Assembly (NCBI GenBank): GCA_951406725.2
Contig: OX597815.1
Location: forward strand, 81,592,001 to 81,656,000
Direction of reading: 5' to 3'
DNA from: Octopus vulgaris
Lineage: Eukaryota
DNA length: 64,000 nucleotides
This document shows positions 43,700-56,407 of the stretch, in pieces. Position numbers and translations under genes: made by a program. The notes under the pieces were generated by a model, which saw only the letters and a list, made by a program, of their open reading frames with translations, ran no database searches and was not told the origin of the DNA. Every line of letters starts with the position of its first letter. The first letter of the stretch is position 1.

Positions 43700-43928
43700 T
43701 AGACACGTAGACATGGGCATTACTGTCCTGAGTCCTAGAACACATAGAGCCGGTCTCCTGTTGGTAAGTGGCCGAGGTCATCGCAGTCCGTCGCAAGGTT
43801 CACCCATTTGTAGTCGAGTGGACTTGAGCAACATGAAATTAGATGTTTTGTTCGGGAACACAATGCTCCGCCTGGTCCCGGAACTGAAACCGCGCTCTTA
43901 CGATCATGAGTGTACGTCCCAACCATAA
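43700..43928 (-). mobile_element. SINE family C, diverged
   Basis: gagtggacttgagcaacatgaaattagatgttttgttcgggaacacaa...aaccataaagccat. Confidence 0.6.
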
Positions 43929-44145
43929 AGCCATACACACACACACACATTACTTGTTTAAACAAGAAGTTACGAAAGTGACTCAAGGACACAGAGTTTC
44001 GTGCAAAACACTCATCGAACTTGTAGTTAAGTGCCCTTACTTTTGTAACTTCTGGAATTAATTCATCCTCCTGGGGAGCGGGGAGGGCTGTGGATAAACA
44101 AAGTGCCAGTCAAATACTTTTGTCGATTCAGTATTCCTGTAAAAC

Positions 44146-44696
44146 ATCCTTACAAATGTGTCAAGGCCGACAGGAAGCGTCGATGCTTCCTAGGGCTAAA
44201 CAGCGGTGGTGTAATTCCCTTACAGGACTGTCACGTTAAGTTGACAGTATAACAACCACTCTATCGCTCCACCACCATACATATCTCTATAAGATATTTA
44301 GAAATTAATATTTCTGATTTTGGTGATCAGTGAATAAACTTCACTGAAGTAAAATATATATATGTATATATACTAAGTCTAGACAGATATCTTCAGCTAG
44401 CAGGCCTCTGCTACTCTAGACCGATGATGGGCAAAGACCCTGAAACATGCGTGTCTCTAGATGCAGGCCTAGCTGTTGGGGTATTTGTCTCCCCTTCGTA
44501 AATATATAAGGACACAGGAAATGTGTCAAGGCCGACAGGAAGCGTCGATGCTTCCTAGGGCTAAACAGCGGTGGTGTAATTCCCTTACAGGACTGTCACG
44601 TTAAGTTGACAGTATACAACCACTCTATCGCTCCACCACCGTACATATATCTCTATGAGATATTTAGAAATTTAATATTTCTCTGATCCTTACAAA
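44146..44696 (+). mobile_element. Retrozyme/Penelope-pLTR-like non-coding element: partial tandem of a 365-bp unit with target-site duplication
   Basis: Direct repeats 44154-44317 and 44519-44685; atccttacaaa at both flanks (44146-44156, 44686-44696); hammerhead-like motif between the repeats. Confidence 0.75.
44394..44475 (+). ncRNA. Type I hammerhead ribozyme-like motif
   Basis: tctaga-CCGATGA-t-ggg(caaaga)ccc-t-GAAA-catgcgt-GTC-tctaga. Stem I extends through cagctag..ggcct..gc / gcaggcctagctg; stem III is near-palindromic; GUC triplet at 44453-44455; one core deviation (U4>C). Confidence 0.7.
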
Positions 44697-45189
44697 ACGA
44701 AATCGTAAATGCTAAAAAAAAAATTTCAGTACATCCAGCTCGACCACAGCTCCTAACTGAAACAAGTTATAAAGATTGTTGAAAAAAAAAAAAAAAAAAA
44801 AAGGAAAAGAAAGTGAGTGTGAAGCAAATTCTTCCTGGACGGTATTTGAGCTCAGGTTGTAAAGGTAAGGAACTTTTTATGCCATTATTATTTGGCTGGC
44901 AGAAACAGCAGAACAGAGCGCCGGTCTTTTAAAATGCTTTCTCTTTATGTCACGATTTCAAATTCGCTCGCAAGTGACAGCTGACTGTACATGTTTCTTT
45001 CTTTCTTTCTTTCTTTTTTTTTCCCCCTTAACATGCCACAAGGACAGAAACTTGAGTGAGGAGGAGGGGGGCAGTCGATCGTATCGATCCCAGTAATGTG
45101 ACCTGTACTTTATTCAACCTCAGCAGGAGCTTTCCCGCCATCCAAATTCTGTGACCCAGCACCCGAGCGTAGAAGAGAAGCCTTTATAG

Positions 45190-45480
45190 TGTCAAGTGTC
45201 AATTGGCCTGTTAGAAATAACAGCCAAATCTTTCTCGAATCATACACCATTGACTTAAAAGAAATGGTGGTTGTAGGACTTGGGCTCCCTTCATGTAGGG
45301 AAAAAAGTGGGATAGTCACAGCTGGAATATTTTTCATCATAGGGGTATTCGATTAGGGTGACCGGAAACTAAACAACACTACTTTTTGTGTCACTTGACC
45401 TGAAAGGAACAAAAGTCAAAATTCCTTGAAATTAAACCCCTTCTTTAAAAATATTTTTTTAAAAGACACACTGGCTTAGA
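45190..45480 (+). repeat. Old dispersed repeat with the core tagaaatagcagccaaatct (further copies near 14420, 26250, 28750, 32370, 39845, 40430, 46840 and on the minus strand near 14700, 41390, 41550, 47610, 50660, 51160, 52000)
   Basis: The same ~30-bp core and similar downstream sequence recur many times in both orientations. Confidence 0.65.
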
Positions 45481-45599
45481 TATACTATCACTGAATGATA
45501 ACGGTCAAAATGCTTTTGATTAGAACTGATTAAGGGGTCAAACAACTACAAAATCGTAAGAGCATCGGACGTAATATACCTTGCGGTATTTGTTCAGGC

Positions 45600-45742
45600 G
45601 AGGTCGACTTGGCCTTTCATCCTTTCGGCGTCGATAAATTAAGTACCAGTTACGCACTGGGGTCGATGTAATCGACTTAATACATATGTCTGTCCTTGTT
45701 TGTCCCCTCTATGTTTAGCCCCTTGTGGGTAATAAAGAAATA
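45600..45742 (+). mobile_element. SINE family B, 5'-truncated young copy with 15-bp TSD
   Basis: ggtatttgttcaggc at 45585-45599 and 45743-45757; body matches 10161-10300. Confidence 0.9.
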
Positions 45743-46134
45743 GGTATTTGTTCAGGCTCTTTTACATTTTGAGTTCAAATCCTGCTGAGGTTAAATGAAG
45801 GTAAATCGACTGTTCCCCTCCTACTCCTCCTCACTCAAATTTCTGGCCTTGTTGCATGTTAAGGTGAAAAAAAAAAAGAAGAAAAAGAAAAGAAGGAAGA
45901 AAAAAAAAAAGAAACATGTACAGTCAGCTGTCTCTTGCGAGCGATTTTGACTGCATAGATAGATGAACGTGCCATGCCTTCCTTCGTTAATCGTTTTAGC
46001 AGCCTCTGCAGTCGCGAACAGAGATACAAACATCCTCCTCGTGGACATTCAGCTTCGACCCAGCGGAACATTCAGGATGTGACAGCAGGCGAGAGAGAGA
46101 GAGTGAGAGAGAAAGGAGGGGGGGACTACATCAG

Positions 46135-46290
46135 CAACCGGTTGGCACTCATTTACAGCTGAGCAAAACTGAAGCAAAGCAAAAATGAAGCAACTTGCTC
46201 AAGGACATAATAATGCGTTACTCTATCTGCGAAACAAACTCGCGACTTTACTATCATCATAAGTAGAATTCATTATCCACTAAGGCAACG
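46135..46290 (-). mobile_element. SINE family C, strongly diverged
   Basis: actcatttacagctgag...aaatgaagcaacttgctcaaggacataa...tatccactaaggcaacgcgct. Confidence 0.55.
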
Positions 46291-46314
46291 CGCTTTCTGT
46301 GTTAGAAACATGGA

Positions 46315-46600
46315 CTGGCGGAATTGTTTGAGTATCAGTAAAAATACCTCGCAGTATTTGTACCGATTCTTTACATTCTGAGTTCGAATCCCGCTGACGT
46401 CAACTTAACCTTTTCATACGTACGTCGTGGTCAGTAAAATAAAGTACTAGAGCCGATATAATCGACTAACCGCTCCCTTCAAAATCTCAAGCTTTTGTTC
46501 ATGTTAGAAATATTATGGAAAAGCAAAATTCCTTCAAGGTCGATTTTGCCTTTCATCTTTCCAGGATCGATAAAATAAGTACCTGTTGAGCACAGGCATA
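46315..46600 (+). mobile_element. SINE family B, diverged copy plus a second fragment
   Basis: ctggcggaattg...ctttacattctgagttcgaatcccgctgacgtcaactt; gtcgattttgcctttcatctttccaggatcgataaaataagtacc. Confidence 0.7.
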
Positions 46601-48208
46601 GATATGCTCAATTCCAGGTCTTATAGCTATAGCAGAAAGAATTATAGGAAAACTAACGATAGACTCAAACAGCTGACTCCACAGCTTTGCAATAACTTCT
46701 TTATAAAATGGCAGAACAAAATCATAAAACATAAAATATTTATTTGGACCGTTAAGCAAGTTTAGTAATTATGATATAAGCGAATTAAAAGACCCAGGTC
46801 TCGGCAACTTCAGAGCATGAATGAGTGGGGGAGGGCTAACAGAAATAGCAACGAATTTTCCATCAAATCCCACCTTTACTCACTTAGAAACAGGAATGGC
46901 AAACAACGGGTAATGTAAGCCTAAAATAGCGAGGGTCTGTTCATTAGTCACAACTGTAATCAATAATTCCTAACTTTTCTTACAAGGGTTTTTTTTTTTT
47001 TAACTGATCAAAACAGAATAAGGTTAGGAAGAAAAAAAAATTGGACAATTCCTTCATTAAATTAACAGTAAGAATAGAAAGTCGCTAAGCATTTTGCGCC
47101 CGACGCGTTGATGTTTTCTTTATTAACCACGAAAAAAGGAGGCGACATTACTTGAAAGAACATAGCAAAAAGAAGGATAACAGTAACATTAAACTTCAAA
47201 CACTGAATAATTCCCCCAAAAGAGGGAGACTTTTGAGAAGTACTCGTGGAAACTCCACAAAACTACGGTCACCGTGACCATTAAGGCATGCATAATACTT
47301 TTTTTTTTATTGACTACTGAGTGAGGGTTTACAAAGAGATCGAGAGCGACACATGACGATACAATAATAATTTCTTTGTAGTCGTATTGATCCTTGACGA
47401 ATATAAAAATTGTCAAAGCTATTTCAGAGTTGTTCAGGCTCCACGTTAGCTTTCTTTCTATCCAAGCCAACAAACATACGATCGGCAGTTATTTAAACTA
47501 GGACCATCCTGACATTGCTATTAATTTATGACTAATTTATATTATTGTTTTTGATTTGTGACTAAAACATATTAAACCAGTAAATGTCATTGGAGGAGGG
47601 AGATTTGGCAGCGATTTCTAAACATGTCGAGCGACCACGTAGAGGCGCTGTCGTTGGTTCATGGGAGAGAGAACGAATGACAATATAATGCGATTTAGAG
47701 AGGCCCTGTGTGTGTGTGTGTGTGTAAGCGTTAGCGTTTGTATGTGTATGTGTGTGTGTATCTGTGTGTAAGCGTCAGCGTTTGTATGTGTGTGTGTGTG
47801 CGCGCGCACGCGCAAATAACTTTGGTGTGTATACATATTTACTTCCCCATATATTCATGTTCATATTGTATGTTCAATGTGACGATATTGTATATGTACA
47901 TACACACACACACACACACTCAACATAAATCATATAGCATGAGTATGTGTGTATGCATATATGTACGCCTGTCTTTGTGTGTGTTCATTTACGTCAGTAT
48001 ATAATTAGGTTTAAAAAAAAAAAAAAAAAAGATACAATGGTACAAATGTAATGTGTGCGTGAGCGTGAAAATGCTCAGAGGGTGTATGTATGATAAGTTA
48101 CTAGGATGTGTTTGCGAATGTGTTTGGGATATTTTTTTTTTCTGTCATGCTTGCGTTTCATGCTTTCTGTTAGTGTGAATAGCTATATGCTTGTGTGTAT
48201 TTATTTAT

Positions 48209-48245
<37 letters not shown>

Positions 48246-48248
<3 letters not shown>

Positions 48249-48383
48249 CGCAGGAGTGGCTGTGTGGTAAGTAGCTTCCTTACCAACCACATGGCACCTT
48301 GGGCAAGTGTCTTCTACTATAGCCTCGGGCCGACCAAAGCCTTGTGAGTGGATTTGGTAGACGGAAACTGAAAGAAGCCCATC

Positions 48384-48425
<42 letters not shown>

Positions 48426-48622
48426 GTGTGTGTGTGTGTGTTTGTGTGTCTGTGTTTGTCCCCCTAGCATTGCTTGACAACCGATGCTGGTGTGTTTATG
48501 TCCCCGTTACTTAGCGGTTCGGCAAAAGAGACCGATAGAATAAGTACTAGTTGCTCGACTAAACGGCGGTGCTCCAGCATGGCCGCAGTCAGATGACTGA
48601 AACAAGTAAAAGAGTAAAGAGT
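48246..48622 (+). mobile_element. SINE family A with internal deletions
   Basis: Family head and tail; the B-box segment is deleted between ccacat and ggcacc. Confidence 0.9.
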
Positions 48623-48947
48623 ATATATGGTGCCCCAGCATGGCCGCGACCTTCGGGCTAAAACATTTTTAAGGATTTAAGGATATATATATATATATGA
48701 TGAATCCCCAACCCCACAGACGTGGATAAAGAAAAAGAAAAAAACAAGACCCTTACCCCACTCCCCGGTAAGTTAATAAATATACGTAAAAAAATATTAC
48801 AATTATTGTCACAAAAAAAAACCCTCAATGAATGCGGAAGGCTGCTTTCTTGATGTGTATTAGACCGTAACACATACACACACACAGGTATACGCATGCA
48901 AATATACCTGCTTGTCTTTTCAATAACGTGGTGAATGTGTGTGTGTG

Positions 48948-48983
<36 letters not shown>

Positions 48984-49005
48984 GTATGCATGCATATATG
49001 TATGC

Positions 49006-49332
49006 GAAGGTGCGTGGCTTAGTGGTTAGGGCATTCGGCTCACGAATCGTAAGGTCGCGCGTTCAATTCCGGCGACGCGTTGTGTTTTTGAGCAAGACAC
49101 TTTATTTCACGTTGCTCTAGTCTAGTCAGCTGACAAAAATGAGTAGTGACTGTATGTATTTCAAAGGGCCACCAGCCTTGTCACACTCTGTGGTCACGCT
49201 GAATCTCCCTCAGAACAAAGTTAAGGGTTACACGTGTCTGTGGAGCGCTCAGCCACTTGCACGTTAATTTCACGAGCAAGCTGTTCCGTTGATCGTATCA
49301 ACTGGGACCCTCGTCGTCGTGCCCGACGGAAA
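49006..49332 (+). mobile_element. SINE family C (tRNA-derived head), best copy
   Basis: A box tggcttagtgg and B box gttcaattcc, then gtgtttttgagcaagacacttt and a ~250-bp body; no acceptor stem. Confidence 0.85.
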
Positions 49333-49336
49333 GCTC

Positions 49337-49421
<85 letters not shown>

Positions 49422-50521
49422 CAAAATCATCAGACAGACAAACCAAGAAAAATAATTCAAAGTTAATTTTCGTTTAGACGTGTTATTCAGGAAGTGCCCG
49501 CGGGCCGCAATTTGCCAATGATTGATATAAATACGGATGGGACCAACGGTTTGGTAAATAGCAAGAGCCACGCGCTCTCACTGGCGCTGTTTGTAGTATA
49601 TGTCTTTTATAGTGATGTCTACGTATAGAATAGAATAGGTATGTATGTATGTATGGATGGATAGATAGAATGATAGATAGATAGATAGATAGATAGATAA
49701 ACGTGTTTGCTCTTATGCTGTAATATAATTGGCTGCAAAGAAAAGTGCAAGCATTTCTAAGTTATGTGTGCTGTGCGTATATGCCTGTAACCGTAGCTAA
49801 AGTTGCTTTGATGCTGTCTATGTAAGCGTGTCCGATTTTGCACGTGTCTGTAGAGAGAGAGGTGTGTGTGTGCGTGTGTTTGCATGCATGTTTGTGTGTA
49901 CGTGTGTGCGTGTGCTCGCTCGCGCGCGCGCGCGGACTGCGGCTTGCTTCGATAAGTGTCCATGCAAGCGTGTCCGCTTTTGCACGTGCCCTGTGTGGTC
50001 GTATGTGTTCGTGTCCGTCTGTGCTCTCGCGCGCGCGTTGTGTTCGTGTGCGTGTGTGTATATGTACGTGTGTACGTGCTTACGTATGTATTTTTATGTA
50101 ATGTGTCGCTAGCAATTTATGCAAAGGCAGCAATTGTAAAAGCCAGCGAAGATAGTGGCGATGATGGTGATGGTGGTGGTACAATTACTAACGCTATAAA
50201 CCGGAGCGTTGTTATTATTATTGTCTAACCCTAATTCTGCTCTGACACGAGAATAAACCTAATGATTAAAAACGTTCCAACCGTGACCATCACGCCAGCT
50301 TTTTCTTTTCTTTTTCTGAGTGTAGAGTGTAGTGGTTTTATCACTAACTTGTCGATGCTGTTTAGCCCTTGGTCAACCCTGATCGAACAGCCCTATGATC
50401 AAAAAGCATTCCGATCGTCGTCACCATCCCGTATTTTTGTAAGATTATCTAGAATCACATCTACTGTCCCTCTTTATATATGTCTGTCTGGATGTTTTGC
50501 GTTCTTGTCCCATTTCTGTAT

Positions 50522-50616
<95 letters not shown>

Positions 50617-52255
50617 ATAAGACGGATCAATGTGATTAAAGGATGGGCGTGGGGAATTTGGCTGCTATTTCTAGCGACCATCTTAAGGCTCCTTTGTCGA
50701 CGAGCTGGTGTTGATGAAGACTGGTAAAAATTTTACCAAGTTATCATCGGGGTGTTGTTGGAACCGGTTACATATCAATGTGTTCGGAGTGGTGAATTAG
50801 TGGTGTAGCGGCACACATACACACACACACACACAGGTGTATTGTTAGTGGTGGCGGTGGCTCGATCACCGAGTATTAGCAACCATATACGTCCCTCAAA
50901 TTATAACCAACCATCGGTAAATAAAATTTTAAAAAAGAAACACAAAGGTGAAGGTGGCAAGATCAGCCAGGCCAGATCGGCCCACAATTATGGTCAAAGG
51001 CATCTTAGCTATGAGCATCCCGTGGGTGGAAGGATATTTTTTTTTTTAAGCAGTGGGGCAGGCATCGTGCGTATGTGTATTATCCTATTTTACCACATTA
51101 CATAACATATACTATAAGCAGTTTTCCTAAGACGTAGGGTGTAACTTAAAGGAAATTTGGCTGGTATTTCTAGTTCTCTAATGCTATTTTTTTTTGCTGT
51201 TGTTGTTGTTATTGTTGTTGGTGGTGGTGGTGGTAGAGGAGGTTTTCGTGTTTGTAGCAATATTGGTAAGGCTATTATTGTCTTAGAATTTGGTGATAGT
51301 GCTATTAATGATAGTGAAGGTATTATAGCGCTGATATTGTAATACTGGTTGTTTGCTGAGCACAGACGTATATAATAGCAGTAACAGCAGTGATGCCGTA
51401 TGTTTGTGATGACGGAGCTCGTTTTCATGGGCCTCATCATCATCATCATCATCATCGTTTTAGTATTGCTGTCGTTGGTTTGATGGCGGTGGGCAGTTGT
51501 GTTGGTGTCGTAGTATGCGGAATGGTTAGTTGTGTTTATATAAAATCATGATTAATGAACATGTTCGTTCGTGACAGCCGCTTAGTCCCAACTTAAATCA
51601 ACCTCCGACCGAGAAGACTAAGCGCTCTAGCCATGACCAGCCCGCTATTTACAACCTCCCCATTCTCTAGGCACAATTCACAGAAAACCACGTACATCAT
51701 CCAAAAGACTGTAAAAGTGTGATTTGTTTTTAAAAAAATTAACCTGGCTGCTGTTTTTAGCAAGCCGAGCGACAGAGTAAGAGAGAGGGCTCGTTCCTTA
51801 CTGATGCTGGATCGTAAGTGACGGACGTAGAGAATATTATGAAGACGACGATGATGATGATGACCGGACCTATAATGATAGTTGTTCCAACCGTGACCAT
51901 CACTATATCTTTTACGACATAACGTAAGAAAAACCAACGGCATTATTTATATATATTCTATACATGTTAAGGAAAGCAACGTGTATTTTGAAGGTAATTT
52001 AGCTGCTCTTTCTAGTCATGTCGAACAACTCAATATTTATGATTATTGTTTGGTGGTGATGGTGATAGCAGTGTGTGTGGAGTGACTTGTAGTATTAGTG
52101 ATAATAAAGACGGGCGTTATGGCGGTAAAACTTTTTCAGAATTATTTTATTGATACCAGTTTATTTATTAAGCAAAGAACCGTGGTATAGACATCCATTC
52201 AACAACCATCCATCCAGATGTACTCACGCACAGGCACTTACATACCTATATATTA

Positions 52256-52288
<33 letters not shown>

Positions 52289-52549
52289 TGCATTCAATCA
52301 TACAACCCCTGCCAGACATATGAACACAACCCAAATCTCTAATAATTCATACACATTTATATATATATATATATATACATTCATTGACACACGTGTGTGA
52401 AAGTGTATATCTGCATATATATATATATACACATTCATACATAAACATTCATATATATATATATACATATGAATATATATAGATATATATACATATACAT
52501 ACATATATATATATATATGTGTATATACATATATACATATGTTATTTAC

Positions 52550-52683
52550 CTTGGGAAAACTGGCTGAGAAACTGCAGCGTGTGTAGGGTAGCAGTAAATC
52601 CGAACGGCGTCCATCGTGGCAGCGTGCAACTTGCGTTGCTGCTGAGTTTGAGGTCTTTGCCATAAACTAAGCATGGCATCCAT
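52550..52683 (-). CDS. Candidate first coding exon of an unidentified gene ([44 protein letters not shown]...)
   Basis: Complex, GC-richer island; gcaATGG start context at 52683; open frame to a splice donor AAG|GTAAAT at 52550/52549; preceded by low-complexity 5'UTR-like sequence. A second frame (MAKTSNS...SFPK) is also open. No protein family recognised. Confidence 0.4.
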
Positions 52684-52912
52684 TGCAGCGACAGCAGCAG
52701 CAGCAGCAACAATAATAACAGCAGCAGTCGTAGTAGTAGTAGTAGTAGTAGCAGCAGAAGTAAAAGTGGTGGTGGTGGTGTTGGTGGGATTAGTGTTAGG
52801 GTGAGAGAACGGGAGAGAGAGAGAGAGAAAGAGTCTGTGAGAGAAAAAAGTGCGAGAGGATAACAAATACGTGATGATGGGTATATACCTAGATACGTGT
52901 GCGCGTGTGCAC

Positions 52913-53014
<102 letters not shown>

Positions 53015-55160
53015 CACGTATATATATGCCTGTGTGTTGAATGTGCTTGCGTTATATATTATAATGCTAGCGAGGCATTCTTTACTTGATCGGCGTTGAT
53101 TTTTTTTTTCGTGTATGTATGTGTGTTTGTTTCTGTTAGTGCGTGTTAAGAAATGGTTGCTTGTGGTGAGTAAGCAATACGTATGTATAAATAAACCGAA
53201 AAACAAGTAAAAAAAAACAACAGAAATGTGTGAGTGTTTGTATGAATGAATGAATGTAAGTATGTATGAGAGTGAGAGAGCGGCAAGTGGCGGCGTTCTG
53301 TATGTGTGTGTTTGTGTGTGTGTAGAACAAGGGTGGAGGCAAGGTGTATGCGTATATCTGTGTAGTTACAAATAGAAATAAATAGTATTTGGCTGACGAC
53401 GTAAAAGTATGTGTGTGTGTGTTTATGTACGTGTATTTGTGTGTTTATGAGTGTTTGTAGTGGGAATGCGTGTGTTTGTATGGAAGAGAAAAAAGTTATG
53501 TACAGTACTGAAGGTGGTGGTGATGGTGGTGGTGGTAGTGGAGACGAAACGATAAGGGTGGAGGCGGTGTTTTTTACATGTATATGTATATGTATATGTG
53601 TGTGTATGTGGGGGGGAAAGAGAGAGAGAGAGAGAGAGAGGGAGATTATTTGTATGCGTGCGATAGAGACAGAAAGAGAGAGAAAAGAAAGAGCAGCCGT
53701 AACTGCGCTGGCGGCGGCGAAGAGGGGGGTGGGAAAGAAGCAGGGTCGAGGTTAGAATAAAAGGGTAGCCTGAACACGAAGACGGGTGAAAGGCGGTGCC
53801 TCTGTGTATGTGTGCGTGTCTGTGTGAGTATGTAAGAGAGACAGGCAAATTCAGAGACGGCTGCTGCTGTTGTAAATATATATATATATATATATATATG
53901 TGTGTATTATTTAGTATTTGTGTGTATAAATGTGTGTGTGTGTATCATACTACCACTGTACTATTTCTTGGGTAGAGTAGTACTTGTAGTGGTTGTGGAG
54001 TGGTGTGCACTCGTTTAAAGCCGACTTGGCAAAGTGTAGTGAATTATATGATAGCGATTTGTAGTTCCTGATGGTGGTGGTGGTGGTGGTGGTGGTGGCG
54101 GCTGTGGTGGTATTAGTGTGTCGATATTTCGGTTGGCACAAACACCACCACCACGAAGAAAATACAAACGATAAAATGAACGTCAGCGGTAAGAGCAACA
54201 AACTTTTGGTCCTCCAAGAATTAAAGCAGACTTTGAAAAATCCACGCGAAGAAGAAGGCGGAGGAGGAGGAGCAACAGGAGCAGGCGGCGGCGGCGGCAG
54301 CGGCGGTGAAGAAAGAGGAGGAGGAAGAGGAGGAAGAGGAGGAGGAAGGGGAGTAGGAAAGAAAGGGGGGGAATTGTAGATACGTATGTACGAGATGAGT
54401 ATGTTTGCGGAGGGGGAGGGAGGGGGGGAGAAAGGAGAAGAAAAAGGAGTAGAAGTTGGAGGGGGGGAGAAACTAACTGGCGGAAGAAAAAGAAAAAGAA
54501 TGATATATGTGTGTACATATATAAATATACACACACACACACATTTATAGATAGATAGATAGATAGATAAATATGTATGTGTGTTGAGTAGAAGGTGTGT
54601 TTATATGTCAAAACGTATAATTTAAGTGTATGTAAATATATGATGATATACGCGTGTATGCGTGTGATGGAAATATATAAGTTTGTTGATAGCTGTGTCT
54701 AAGGGTGTACGAGGATATACAAATACATACATATTACATTGTTTATGTGGCATATAATATTGATATATGTGTTTTAAGTATCACATATATTGTTTGAATG
54801 TGTGTCTGTGTGTGTGTGTGCGTGTGTGTGTGTAATGCAAGCTATGCATATATATATGTACGTGAGAAGAAAAAAAGAAAACCAGTAAAAGAAAGACTTA
54901 AAGAGACTGGAATGGAATCGAAGTGTGTGTATGTGTGTACTAGTGTACTATGTTAGTATGTGTCTAAACGATAAACGTACGTTCCCTTGCATTTGTTGTA
55001 CACATGTGTGTTGTTGCTTCAATGCTTTATGTGTTAGTGTGCGTTTTACAGTTGTTTGTATCGGCGTGCTCTAACGGATGCTCATGTAAATATATGTATT
55101 ACGAAAGTGTGTATAGATATGCATCTGTAAATATGTATGTACGTGAGAGCGTGTTTATAC

Positions 55161-55218
<58 letters not shown>

Positions 55219-55587
55219 AAACTTTGTGTATCTACACTGGCTGGATGAAAGTTTCTCTCTACATACGCATGTGTGTATGGTATAAGTATGTATAAAGGGA
55301 ATGTATTTGTATGTGTGTTTCTGTTATATATATATATATATATATTTGTGAATATAGGTATATGTGTATGTTTGTATTTATACGCACGATAAAACGTGTA
55401 AGAGAAAAATTGAAAAAAAAATGTATAGTGAAGCTGCCATACACTCACACACACACATACACATTCACACAAACAGATACGCACATACAAACACAGACAG
55501 AGGTGAAAAATAGAAAACGAAACGGGTAGATCGGGTGGCAGCAAGGGGTACGGGGTGGGGGGACGGGGTAGAGTATGGTAGAGTATC

Positions 55588-55670
55588 CACGACGGCGACG
55601 TCGTCGTCGGCGTCGACTGCGGCGGCGGCGGCGGCGGCAGCGGCGTCAATTGCGGCGGCGGCGGCAACAA
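55588..55670. repeat. CpG-dense (GGC)n/(GTC)n patch
   Basis: gacggcgacgtcgtcgtcggcgtcgactgcggcggcggc...; far higher CpG density than the surroundings. Confidence 0.8.
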
Positions 55671-55754
55671 CAAGACGTAAAAAAAAGTCTGACTGACTGG
55701 CAGAGTGGTGTGGAACTAAACTGAAATATGTGACTTAAAATGTCTATACCAGGA

Positions 55755-55789
<35 letters not shown>

Positions 55790-55934
55790 TGCTGGTGGTG
55801 GTGGTGATGGCTATGTTGTATTAGTAAGTATAGGTGGGTTGGTAATAAGGTGGGGTAAAGCAGTTAGAATGAGGGTGGTAGCCTGATGGTAATAGTCACA
55901 GTAAAGGGTTTAGCTATCTTGTGTGACTACACAC

Positions 55935-55984
<50 letters not shown>

Positions 55985-56000
55985 ATGCATGTACATACCG

Positions 56001-56041
<41 letters not shown>

Positions 56042-56084
56042 ATATAGTTATGTATATAAATATACAGCGTATGTATCTTTCTGT

Positions 56085-56135
56085 ACGAAGGGGAGGGGCA
56101 GAATGGGCGGCCCGCTTTATTTGAAATCGCATGGG
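56085..56135. promoter_or_regulatory. Possible promoter-proximal element (GC boxes, AT-rich box)
   Basis: ggggagggg and gggcgg (56105-56110) next to tttatttg, ~3.4 kb upstream of the candidate minus-strand exon; motif-only evidence. Confidence 0.2.
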
Positions 56136-56265
56136 ACAGAGTGAGAGGGAGGAAAGAGAGAGAAAGATAAAGACAAGAAAAAGTTGTGGAAGAAAATGAA
56201 AGGAGAGAGGGGAGAGGAAAAGTGGGGAGATAACTGAAGTAATGAAGCAGGTAGGGAGGGAAAGC

Positions 56266-56328
<63 letters not shown>

Positions 56329-56352
56329 CATTTATGTCTGTATCCATTGTAC

Positions 56353-56407
<55 letters not shown>

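Larger units (their letters stand above)
43595..45950. repeat. Three related segments in alternating orientation: 43595-43680 (-), 44907-45043 (+), 45845-45950 (-)
   Basis: 43595-43680 is the reverse complement of 44907-45043 without its middle; 45845-45950 is the reverse complement of 44958-45043. Confidence 0.85.

Noticed and set aside
49006-49080. Apparent tRNA gene (also 16690-16757)
   Set aside because: A and B boxes are present, but there is no acceptor stem or T-run terminator and the sequence continues into a repeat body; these are SINE heads.
53950-54611. Pro-rich and Gly-rich ORFs
   Set aside because: Derived from GGA/GGC/GGT triplet runs; no domain; more consistent with low-complexity leader sequence.
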